Positions 20,181 through 28,261 of a stretch of DNA of 56,044 nt are shown here, piece by piece; within the stretch, counting starts at the first letter, position 1, and every line of letters begins with the position of its first letter. The notes below the pieces were generated by a model. The model did not search any database, had not been told where the DNA came from, and saw nothing but the letters and a program-made list of their open reading frames with translations. Source of the stretch: Bacillota bacterium (GTDB taxonomy: Bacteria > Bacillota > Sulfobacillia > JAMDAP01); assembly GCA_050260815.1 (NCBI GenBank), contig JBLNCQ010000114.1, forward strand, positions 1-56,044, in the 5' to 3' direction. The position numbers and the translations under genes were made by a program.

Positions 20181-21071
20181 TCAGTTCTTCTGGCCGCGGG
20201 CCAGGGACAGCACCAGGAGAAGCTCCTCCCGGCTCAAGGTCTCCAGGCGACCCACCAGGCTAAGATCCAACCGTGCCAGGCGGCGGAGCATGGCCGGGCC
20301 GCCGTCCTGATGCAGCACCTGCTCGAGGGCCTCCAGCGTGGAGGCGTCGCACTGGGCTAGCAGCGTGACAAGCTCGGCGCGCTCAGCGGGCATCGCCATT
20401 CCCACAGCGTCGGCAAAGGACTGACGGGATGCGGCTGCGTCCTTGCGGGTCCGGGGCTTCTTCTCGTACATCCAGTACGTGCCGGCCAGACCCAGGGCGG
20501 CCAGAGCGTTGAGCCCCCAGAGAACCTGGTTGCCGCGGTTCGGGGGCTGGGGCTCGCCGGGCAGGCGGCGGTTGAAGTCCAGCACGTCCTGCGTCCCGGC
20601 CGGGGCGGCGGGCGCCGGGGCGGAAGCCGCCGGCGGCGGAGGCGGGGTAGCGCTACCCGAGTTCTGATTGGTGGCCGGGCTAGTGCCGCCGGCCGCAGGA
20701 GCGCCGCCGGAGGGAGCTGAGCCGCCATACTTGGCCACCCGGGCGGCCAGGTCATTGGCGTGGCAGGTGGCGCAGGACTTCTGCGCGTCCTCCAGGGCCG
20801 GGCGCATCCCCTGGTGCGCTTTCTCGGCGGTGGTCTCCTTGGTTACGCCTCCGTGGCAGAACTCGCAGAAGTCGAAAGCGGCGTGGTCGGTATGCCATGC
20901 ACCGTTCTTCGACACCGGGTCCTTCCCCTGGATCTCGTGACAGGTCTTGCAGGATGAGGTCGATGCCCCGCAGGCCGCTTCCGCCCGCGTTGAGAGCCCA
21001 TACCAGGTGATGGCTCCCGCCAGGCCCACAGCGCCCAGCAGCAGGGCTGCGATTCGGACCGTCTTGCCCAT
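20181..21071 (-). CDS. Triheme cytochrome c with Pro/Ala-rich linker, C-terminal TM helix and about 90-aa cytoplasmic helical tail
   Basis: CKTCH, CEFCH, CATCH. N-terminal signal/anchor IAALLLGAVGLAGAI. Linker ..ATPPPPPAASAPAPAAPAG... TM segment VLWGLNALAALGLAGTYWMY. RBS GGGAGGAG. Confidence 0.75.
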   Translation of the reverse strand: MGKTVRIAALLLGAVGLAGAITWYGLSTRAEAACGASTSSCKTCHEIQGKDPVSKNGAWHTDHAAFDFCEFCHGGVTKETTAEKAHQGMRPALEDAQKSCATCHANDLAARVAKYGGSAPSGGAPAAGGTSPATNQNSGSATPPPPPAASAPAPAAPAGTQDVLDFNRRLPGEPQPPNRGNQVLWGLNALAALGLAGTYWMYEKKPRTRKDAAASRQSFADAVGMAMPAERAELVTLLAQCDASTLEALEQVLHQDGGPAMLRRLARLDLSLVGRLETLSREELLLVLSLARGQKN

Positions 21072-21091
21072 GCCTTCCGCCTCTCCTCCCT

Positions 21092-21117
21092 TTTGTGAAA
21101 GCTCTACGTTTCACAAA
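21092..21117. promoter_or_regulatory. Perfect 9-8-9 inverted repeat directly upstream of the operon RBS (operator or 5'-UTR hairpin)
   Basis: TTTGTGAAA-gctctacg-TTTCACAAA. Confidence 0.4.
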
Positions 21118-21190
21118 TCTGAGCCGGACCCGGTTGCCATCTCAGGGCTCTTGGCCTCCGGACGGGCGGCAGCGGGGCCTTCCATACCTG

Positions 21191-21204
21191 TACCCCTAGG
21201 GGTA
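21191..21204. promoter_or_regulatory. CsoR/CstR-type palindromic operator candidate
   Basis: TACCCCTAGGGGTA is a perfect 14-bp palindrome, starting 16 nt downstream of the predicted -10. It resembles the copA operator at 42337-42357. Confidence 0.4.
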
Positions 21205-21219
21205 TACACTCCCCTTTTC

Positions 21220-21249
21220 ATGCTACTGATGTCACATGGGTACCGTCAA
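21220..21249 (-). promoter_or_regulatory. Candidate promoter of the respiratory operon
   Basis: Minus strand TTGACG, 18-nt spacer, TAGCAT. Confidence 0.4.
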
Positions 21250-21287
21250 TCAAGTCTTTGCTTGCCTAAGTGGACCAGAGGCCCACG

Positions 21288-21328
21288 CCAAACAAACAGG
21301 GCCCCTGCCGCTGATCGCGGCAGGGGCC
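21288..21328 (-). terminator. Terminator after the HD-domain gene
   Basis: Minus strand GGCCCCUGCCGC-loop-GCGGCAGGGGCC (12 bp) followed by CUGUUUGUUUGG. Confidence 0.7.
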
Positions 21329-21352
21329 TCATGATTGCCGGGGTGATGGCTT

Positions 21353-22687
21353 CTACGCGGATTGGCTGAGTTCCCTGAGGAGCCGGCGCAGGCGCTCGCT
21401 CGCCGGGCCCGGCTGGATGAGGTCCTGTGCCACATAGAGGCGCTGGCGCTCGGCCTCTTCGAAGGTCAGGGCGCGCACCAGGGGCGAGAACTCGGCAAGG
21501 TCCGCCAGGCGGCCATGCTCATCCATCACCAGGATACCCTGGGTGTAGTGATAGTAGGGGCTCGAGGCGACGCGATCAACGGCCAGGTGGTAGGCCGGAT
21601 CAAGGCCGGCCTGCCGGGTCGCCTCCTGCAGGTCCGGCAGAAGCTCCGGGCGGTCGGCGGGAAGGTCCACGTATTCGTAGAGCCGGCGGTCCAGGAAGCG
21701 GTTGGCCAGGTCCGCCAGGATGGGGTCCGACTCCCGCTGCCACTCGGCAAAGGCGGCCACCAGGACAGACTCATCCAGGGCCAGGTACTCGGCCACTTCC
21801 AACTGGGCCGGCGGCTTCTCCAGGAAGGGGCGCAGGGGCCGCGGCACATGGTTGAGCCTCCCCTGACGGGCGTTCTCCAGGGCGCGCTCCAGGATGAGGT
21901 TCAGCACCACGTCGCTGCCTTTGGTCACCGGGTGGAGGTAGACCTGAACGTACATCAGGTACCGGGCCAGGATGTACTGCTCCACCGTGTGGACGCCGCT
22001 CTTCTTGATAACCACGGCCATGTCGCCGTCGGCGCTGCCGGTCGTGCCGCTTGCGACCAGCGGATATGGCCGCAGGGTGCGGATCAGCCGGTCGAGTTCC
22101 AGCCGGCCGTAGTTGACGCCGGTGGCCACGGCATCGCGCAGGATGTAGTCGATGCGGTCCACGTCCAGTTGGCTGGAAATGAGCGACGTCAGCACCCGGT
22201 GCTCGGAGCGGCCGGAGATGATGTCGGCCACGTCCCGGCCGAACCGGTCGTCCACCGCCGACAGAACCGCCGTTACCTGCGGGTCCTCCAACAGGATGCG
22301 GATGGTCCACTCCTCGTGGCGGGTGTGGAAGGCCTGCTCCATGGCGTGGGAGAACGGCCCGTGGCCCAGGTCGTGGACCAGGGCGGCCACGGTGCCCAGG
22401 TACCAGAGGCGCTGGTCGTCGGGCCAGTCCGGGGCGTTGCGGTGGAAGTGGGCCAGGACCCGGCGCATCAGCTCATAGGCGCCCAGGGCGTGGGCAAAGC
22501 GGCTGTGTTCCGCGCCGTGGAAGGTCAGGTAAGAGGTGCCCATCTGGCGGATGCGGCGCAGCCGCTGAAAGGCCCTGGTGTTGATCAGGTCCCAGATCAG
22601 CGAGTCCGACACGTAGATGTAGTTGTGAACGGGATCCTTGAAGACCTTTTCCTCAGGGAAGCGGCTAAGGCCGGGCAGAAGCCCCAC
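21353..22687 (-). CDS. HD-domain phosphohydrolase (SAMHD1/dGTPase-like)
   Basis: FKDPVHNYI, QRLRRIRQMG, HSRFAHALG, ALVHDLGHGPFSH. The exact start is uncertain. Confidence 0.85.
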   Translation of the reverse strand: MGLLPGLSRFPEEKVFKDPVHNYIYVSDSLIWDLINTRAFQRLRRIRQMGTSYLTFHGAEHSRFAHALGAYELMRRVLAHFHRNAPDWPDDQRLWYLGTVAALVHDLGHGPFSHAMEQAFHTRHEEWTIRILLEDPQVTAVLSAVDDRFGRDVADIISGRSEHRVLTSLISSQLDVDRIDYILRDAVATGVNYGRLELDRLIRTLRPYPLVASGTTGSADGDMAVVIKKSGVHTVEQYILARYLMYVQVYLHPVTKGSDVVLNLILERALENARQGRLNHVPRPLRPFLEKPPAQLEVAEYLALDESVLVAAFAEWQRESDPILADLANRFLDRRLYEYVDLPADRPELLPDLQEATRQAGLDPAYHLAVDRVASSPYYHYTQGILVMDEHGRLADLAEFSPLVRALTFEEAERQRLYVAQDLIQPGPASERLRRLLRELSQSA

Positions 22688-22732
22688 CTCCCGTGCACCG
22701 GGGCGCCGACTTAGGCCGGACGCCGGGGCGAC

Positions 22733-23212
22733 TCAGGGCAGGCTGCGGACAAACTCCAGAACCTGGTCAATGTGCCCGTCCACTTTGACCTTACGGTCAA
22801 TGCGGCGCAGGATGCCGTCCCGGTCGATGACGAACGTGCTGCGTTCAATGCCCAAGCGGGTCTTGCCGTACATGGTCTTGGGCTTGAGCACGTCGTACAG
22901 GTTGCAGACCTGCCCCTCCTCATCCGAGAGCAGGAGGAACGGCAGGTTGTACTTGGCGATGAACTTGTCGTGGGACCTGCAGGAGTCCTTGCTTACGCCC
23001 AGGATAACGGCGTCCGCATGGTCGAATTGGGCCTTCTGATCACGGAAGGCCGTGGCTTCAGCCGTTCAGCCGGGGGTGTCGTCCTTGGGGTAGAAGTAGA
23101 GGACCACCTTGCGTCCGCGCAGGTCGTGCAGGGAAACGGTCTGTCCGCCGGAGGCGGGCAGCGTGAAGTCGGGCGCGGGAACGCCGACCGTAAGCTCAGC
23201 GTTGTCGCTCAT
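22733..23212 (-). CDS. bcp: BCP/PrxQ-type peroxiredoxin with TGA (23066-23068) in place of the peroxidatic Cys codon; predicted selenocysteine peroxiredoxin
   Basis: Own translation: [109 protein letters not shown]... The single frame continues through the TGA to the stop at 22733. AAAGGAGG sits 6 nt before ATG 23212. Neither half appears in the ORF track. Confidence 0.8.
23030..23051 (-). other. SECIS-like hairpin downstream of the bcp UGA
   Basis: Minus strand GGCCUUC-CGUGAUCA-GAAGGCC (7 bp, 8-nt loop containing GU), beginning 14 nt after the UGA. Confidence 0.45.
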
Positions 23213-23302
23213 GGACATCCTCCTTTAGTGGTTTACTTGTCCACAAAGTGCGGAAAATCCTGCCGCCCGCGCCGTCTGGCTCGTTCGGGCCGCCGGCCCG
23301 GG

Positions 23303-24265
23303 CTACAGGACCGAGTTGACCGTCTCCCGCAGCACCGCGGCAGAGCGCTGCAGGCGCTGCAGCTCCACCTCGTCCAGCGAGGGCCTGAGGACCTGGCGGA
23401 CGCCGGCGCGGCCCACCACGGCCGGCACGCCCATGTAGAGGTCGGAGATGCCGTGGAAATCCTGCAGCAGGGTGGAGACGGTAAGGACGGCGTTCTCGTC
23501 GCGCAGCACCGCCTCCACAATGCGCGCCAGGGCCAGGGCGATGGCGTAGAAGGTGGCGCCCTTTTTCTCAATGATGTGGTAGGCGGCATCGCGGGTCCGC
23601 TCAAAGATGCGCTCCCGCTGGGACGGGTCGCCGGTCAGGTCCCAATAGGGGGACGGTTCCGTCAGGCTGACCCCGGCGATGCTGGCCCGACTCCAGACGG
23701 GAAGCTCCGTGTCGCCGTGCTCGCCTATGATGTAGGCGTGAACGCTGCGCGGGTCGACGGACGCCGCCTGGCCGATGAGGAAGCGGAACCGGGACGAATC
23801 GAGGAGAGTCCCGGAGCCGATCACGCGGGCCGAAGGAAACCCGGACAGCTTGTACGTCAGGTGGCTCAGCACGTCCACCGGGTTGGTGGCCACCAGCAGG
23901 ATGGCCTCGGGCGCCTGTTCCGCCACCCTGGGCACGATGTCGCGGAAGATGGCGGCATTGCGTTTGACCAGGTCCAGGCGGCTTTCCCCCGGCTTCTGGC
24001 TGGCGCCGGCGGTCAGAACCACCACGTCGGCGCCGCTGGCATCATCGTAATTGCCGGCCCAGATGCGAACCGGAGGCACAAAGGGAAGCCCGTGGTTGAG
24101 GTCCAGGGCATCGCCCTCCGCCTTGGCGGCATTGGCGTCGATCAGCACCAGCTCGCCGGCGAGGCCTCTCAAGACCGCCGTGTAGGCGAAGGTAGAGCCA
24201 ACGGCCCCACTGCCCACCACCACAATCTTGGGTCCGAAGCTGGCGGCAACTCTTGCGTCATTCAC
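23303..24265 (-). CDS. ldh: L-lactate dehydrogenase
   Basis: KIVVVGSGAVGSTFAY, LIDAN..KAEGDALDL, GEHGDTELPVWS (catalytic His). GTG 24265 follows GGAGGAG (the longer track ORF has been trimmed). Confidence 0.9.
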   Translation of the reverse strand: MNDARVAASFGPKIVVVGSGAVGSTFAYTAVLRGLAGELVLIDANAAKAEGDALDLNHGLPFVPPVRIWAGNYDDASGADVVVLTAGASQKPGESRLDLVKRNAAIFRDIVPRVAEQAPEAILLVATNPVDVLSHLTYKLSGFPSARVIGSGTLLDSSRFRFLIGQAASVDPRSVHAYIIGEHGDTELPVWSRASIAGVSLTEPSPYWDLTGDPSQRERIFERTRDAAYHIIEKKGATFYAIALALARIVEAVLRDENAVLTVSTLLQDFHGISDLYMGVPAVVGRAGVRQVLRPSLDEVELQRLQRSAAVLRETVNSVL

Positions 24266-24400
24266 GTGGTACTCTCCTCCTGTTGGGTCAGTCTGGGCCG
24301 CGGGCCTAGTTTGCGGTCGGCAGGGCATTCCCCATCCCAAGACCGGCAGGACTCGGAACCCGAGTGCCAGAAGTGATTAGGACGATGGGAGGGCCTGTTC

Positions 24401-24769
24401 ATGATGCCAAGTCCATTTGGAGGGCCGGGCGGCGGCCTTTTCGGGGTGATGTTCACCGTCGTTCCCTTGCTTGTGATCGGGGGGTTCATCTACGTACTAG
24501 TATCAGGCCTGTCCACCTGGATACGCAACAACGGGCGGCCGGTGGACACCCGTCCCGCCTGGGTGGTGAGCAAGCAGACCCACGTCTGGGGCGGCCAGGG
24601 GAACTCGCCGGCTCACACCAGCTACTACGCCACGTTTGAGGACGAGCAAGGCAACCGGCTGGAGCTTCAGGTGGGCGCCCGCGTTTACGGCGAGACCGCC
24701 GAAGGCGATGTGGGCATGCTGACCTCGCAGGGGACCCGCTTCCATGGATTTGAACGGGACCGGGAGTAG
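24401..24769 (+). CDS. Small membrane-anchored protein (DUF2500-like)
   Basis: N-terminal TM segment FTVVPLLVIGGFIYVLV, then a soluble domain. RBS GGGAGGG sits 7 nt upstream. Confidence 0.55.
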   Translation: MMPSPFGGPGGGLFGVMFTVVPLLVIGGFIYVLVSGLSTWIRNNGRPVDTRPAWVVSKQTHVWGGQGNSPAHTSYYATFEDEQGNRLELQVGARVYGETAEGDVGMLTSQGTRFHGFERDRE

Positions 24770-24826
24770 CCGGCCCCGCTTCTGTTCTGACAGAGAAAGA
24801 GAATACTCACGGGGGGCGGGACAGCG

Positions 24827-26506
24827 ATGAATGCGGTGGAACAAGAGGCCAGGGACTTCCTGGACCGGACCGTGCCGGAGGTGGAGCGCCTCTCCAGGGG
24901 CATTTCGGAGGCCTACTGGCGCGCCACAACGGGCGGCGGCGAGGAAGCCGAGCAGGAATACGTCCGGCTCCGCCAGGATCTGATGGGGCTGTTCGCCAAT
25001 CGGGAGCAGTTTGCCCTGCTGAAGTCATGGCGGAGCAGCGGCCAGGTGCAGGATCCGCTTCTCGCCCGGCAGTTGGACCTGCTCTACAACGAGTACCTGG
25101 GCAATCAGATACCGAAGGAGACCATAGCCGAGCTGGTGCGCCGGGAGACCGAGCTGGAGAGCACCTTCACCAACTTCCGGGCGGAATACCGCGGCCGGCG
25201 GGTCTCGGACAACGAGATCAAGGAGATCCTGACGGAGGAGAACGACAGCGACCTGCGGCGCCAGGCCTGGGAGGCCAGCAAGCAGATCGGCGGTGAGGTA
25301 GCCCCCAGGCTGCTGGAACTGGTGGAGCTTCGCAATCGCGTGGCCCGCGACCTGGGCTTCCAGGACTACTACGCCATGGCCCTGGCCCTGCAGGAGATTG
25401 ACGAGGACGAGCTGTTCATCGTTCTGGACCGGCTGGAAGAGCGCACCGCCGCCCCCTTTGCCGAGGCCAAGGGCCGGCTGGACCGACAGCTCGCAGAGCG
25501 CTTCGGGGTGGCGGTCGAGGCCCTGCGGCCCTGGCACCTGGCGGACCCCTTCTTCCAGGAGCCGCCGTCAGCGCCGGACCTGGACCTCGACCGATTCTTC
25601 CGCGGCAAGGACGTGCGCGACATGGCGCGTGACTTTTACCGCGGCCTTGGCCTGGACGTAGACGACATTCTGGCCCGCAGCGATTTGTTCGAACGCGAGG
25701 GCAAGAATCAGCACGCCTATTGCATGGACCTGGACCGCCGGGGCGACGTGCGCATCCTGGCCAATCTGAAGGATAACGAGCTATGGGCCTCCACCATCCT
25801 TCACGAGCTGGGCCACGGCGTCTATGGCAAGTACCACAACCCGGAGCTACCATACCTGCTGCGGACGGAGGCCCACATCTCCAGCACCGAGGCCATCGCC
25901 ATGCTGATGGGCGCCCTGACCAAGAACGCCCGCTGGCTGCAGACGTACGCCGGAGCGGACCGCCGGGACGCAGAGTCCATCCAGGCGCGGGTGCGGGACT
26001 ACCTGACGCTGGCCATGCTGGTCTTCGTCCGCTGGGGCCTGGTGATGGTGTACTTTGAGCGGGCCATGTACGGCGACCCCAGCCAGGACCTCAACCGCCT
26101 CTGGTGGGACCTGGTGGAACGGCTGCAGCTGGTGCGGCGGCCGGAGGGCCGCAACGAGCCGGACTATGCGGCCAAGATTCACCTGGGCACGGCCCCCGTG
26201 TACTACCAGAACTACATCCTGGGCGAGCTGACCGCGGCCCAGGTGCGCGCCACGCTGGCGCGTGAGGCCGCGCCTGGTTCCGAAAGGGCGGGACGTCTCA
26301 CGGAACCGGCCGACGTCCTGATCGACAACCCGCGGGCCGGGCGGTTCCTGGTCGACCGCATCTTCCGCCTGGGCTCGCGCTACCCCTGGAACGAGTTGCT
26401 TCGCCAGGCCACGGGCGAGCGACTGAACGCGGACCACTTCGTCAGCCAGTTCGTGGGTTCCGCCGGCGGCGTGACCGGCGGCACGTCGGCGGAGGGTCGG
26501 TCCTGA
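24827..26506 (+). CDS. Zinc metallopeptidase, M2/M3-like (ACE-like/oligopeptidase fold)
   Basis: HELGHGVY is the HExxH motif, and TEAIAMLMG downstream is a candidate third-ligand Glu. About 560 aa. Confidence 0.75.
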   Translation: MNAVEQEARDFLDRTVPEVERLSRGISEAYWRATTGGGEEAEQEYVRLRQDLMGLFANREQFALLKSWRSSGQVQDPLLARQLDLLYNEYLGNQIPKETIAELVRRETELESTFTNFRAEYRGRRVSDNEIKEILTEENDSDLRRQAWEASKQIGGEVAPRLLELVELRNRVARDLGFQDYYAMALALQEIDEDELFIVLDRLEERTAAPFAEAKGRLDRQLAERFGVAVEALRPWHLADPFFQEPPSAPDLDLDRFFRGKDVRDMARDFYRGLGLDVDDILARSDLFEREGKNQHAYCMDLDRRGDVRILANLKDNELWASTILHELGHGVYGKYHNPELPYLLRTEAHISSTEAIAMLMGALTKNARWLQTYAGADRRDAESIQARVRDYLTLAMLVFVRWGLVMVYFERAMYGDPSQDLNRLWWDLVERLQLVRRPEGRNEPDYAAKIHLGTAPVYYQNYILGELTAAQVRATLAREAAPGSERAGRLTEPADVLIDNPRAGRFLVDRIFRLGSRYPWNELLRQATGERLNADHFVSQFVGSAGGVTGGTSAEGRS

Positions 26507-26509
26507 CCT

Positions 26510-27070
26510 TTGGAAGGCCTGCAATTCCTGGGCACGTCCGGGCCAGCTTATCCCTACAGCGTGGTCGTCCGACCCGGACCCCAGATGGAGCGGCAGCTAA
26601 AGAACTTGGCCACGCTCCACCCCCTCTTCCGGCACCAGGTGCCGGCGCACATCACTGTCAAGTCTCCGTTTTACCTGCGCAGTACCGGCGCCATTGTGGG
26701 CGATCACCTGGAGGAAGTCTGTGAACAGGTGGAACCTTTTGAACTGCAGATTCACGGCCTTGCCTCCTTTGAAACCTCGGTGATCTACGCCCGGGTGGAT
26801 GACTCGCCCGCGCTGCGCCAGCTTCACTTGCGGCTGCTGGATGCCCTGGAGGGCTACGTGGAGACCATCACAGACCGATACGAGGGCACGGGCTACACGC
26901 CGCACCTGACCATTGCCTCACGCCTGCGCCGCGACGAGTTCACCGAGGCCTGGCAATCGCTGGCCGGGTTCGGCCTGCATGGCACCATCCTGGTGGACCG
27001 CGTGCACATGCTGCGCGGGCACCACGCGTGGCAGGTTACACGCAGCTTCCGGCTGGGAGGGCAGGGCTGA
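26510..27070 (+). CDS. 2H phosphoesterase / 2'-5' RNA ligase (LigT)-like protein
   Basis: Two HxT motifs: AHITVK and PHLTIA. TTG start. Confidence 0.7.
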   Translation: MEGLQFLGTSGPAYPYSVVVRPGPQMERQLKNLATLHPLFRHQVPAHITVKSPFYLRSTGAIVGDHLEEVCEQVEPFELQIHGLASFETSVIYARVDDSPALRQLHLRLLDALEGYVETITDRYEGTGYTPHLTIASRLRRDEFTEAWQSLAGFGLHGTILVDRVHMLRGHHAWQVTRSFRLGGQG

Positions 27071-27228
27071 TGGGCGCGCTCGTCATGGGGCACTGCTTTC
27101 CGTACTCGGACCCGGACAGCTTGCGGGGGACAGGACGAACGGACCACTGGCTGACAGGACGCGTAACAACGTTGGGCACGTCCTCGAGGTGCAGGGCCAC
27201 CGAACTGGCCAGCTTACCGTAACGACCG

Positions 27229-27909
27229 TTACGCCAGAATCTCCAGAAGGTCCCGCATGTCGTCCACCACCCAGTCGGCCCCCGCTTTCTCCAGTGAAGT
27301 CCGGCCGCCGTGCCCGTACGTCAGGCCGATGGCCGCGGTTCCCGCGTTGCGGGCGGTCTGCACGTCCACGTCGCTGTCGCCCACCATGACGGCGGCAGAC
27401 GGAGGCACGTCGAAGGAGCGGAGGATCTCACGGATGATCTCCGGGTCGGGCTTCCGAGCCGGGGCATTGCCGTCCCCCAGAATGATGGAGAAGTAGGACT
27501 CCGTCTGGAGCTGTCTGAGAATCTGCCGGGTAAGGGCCAAGTCCTTGTTCGTGGCAACGGCGAGCTTCTTGCCGCGGCGGCTGAGTTCGGCCAGCGTCTC
27601 CGCCACGCCGGGAAACAGGCGCGTGTGGTCTACGGGATGCTGGCTGTAGTAGGCAAGGAAGTGCTTGAGAGCCTCCTTCCCCTCGGCTTGGAGTGCTGGA
27701 TCGGGATGGAGCACAGGCTCTCCGCCGCGGAGAGCGCTGGCTACCAGGATCAGGCCGCCGTGGCCGATATACCGGTAGATCTGCTGATGCGGCAGGGTGG
27801 GCCTGCCCATGGCCTTCAGAGCGTGGTTGACGGCAACGGCAATGTCGTCCTTGGAGTCGATGAGGGTGCCGTCGGCATCGAAGATGACGGCCGTGAAACC
27901 TACTGGCAC
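27229..27909 (-). CDS. HAD-superfamily hydrolase (phosphoglycolate phosphatase-like)
   Basis: VIFDADGTLIDS (DxDGT), ATNK, GDSDVD. GTG 27909 sits 6 nt after GGAAGGAG (the track ORF is longer). Confidence 0.8.
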   Translation of the reverse strand: MPVGFTAVIFDADGTLIDSKDDIAVAVNHALKAMGRPTLPHQQIYRYIGHGGLILVASALRGGEPVLHPDPALQAEGKEALKHFLAYYSQHPVDHTRLFPGVAETLAELSRRGKKLAVATNKDLALTRQILRQLQTESYFSIILGDGNAPARKPDPEIIREILRSFDVPPSAAVMVGDSDVDVQTARNAGTAAIGLTYGHGGRTSLEKAGADWVVDDMRDLLEILA

Positions 27910-28221
27910 TTCGGTCTCCTTCCCACGGGCGGTCGCCACCTGGCGCCGCCCACTCAATGCTTTGCGTAGACTTTCTGTGGCGGACGGCGCATCCCCTGCC
28001 GGGCCCAGCCCCGTTAATCGTGCCCAACCAGGCCCGTCCAGCCTGTCACGTCCTCAGAATCGCCAGTTGCCTCGCGGCCTCCCGCAGGTCGACACGGAGG
28101 TCGGGAGGAGGTTGGGCCGGCGGCGCACGGCCAGCGGGTGGTACGAGACCAGCGTGGAGATGCCCTGCCGCTCCAGCACCCTACCCCGCAGGACCTTCAG
28201 CTCCGCGGTACCCACCGGGTC

Positions 28222-28261
28222 ACCACAAAGTGGAGACCCGGGGACGGAGCCCCGGGTCTCC
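28222..28261 (-). terminator. Hairpin terminator after the ABC importer operon
   Basis: GGAGACCCGGGG-loop-CCCCGGGUCUCC (12 bp) followed on the minus strand by ACUUUGUGG (weak U tract). Confidence 0.5.

Noticed and set aside
28201-28216. Near-consensus T-box core GGUGGGUACCGCGGAG on the minus strand.
   Set aside because: It lies downstream, not upstream, of the adjacent terminator hairpin. No Stem I or specifier is recognisable, and the next gene is a HAD phosphatase rather than an aminoacyl-tRNA-related gene.
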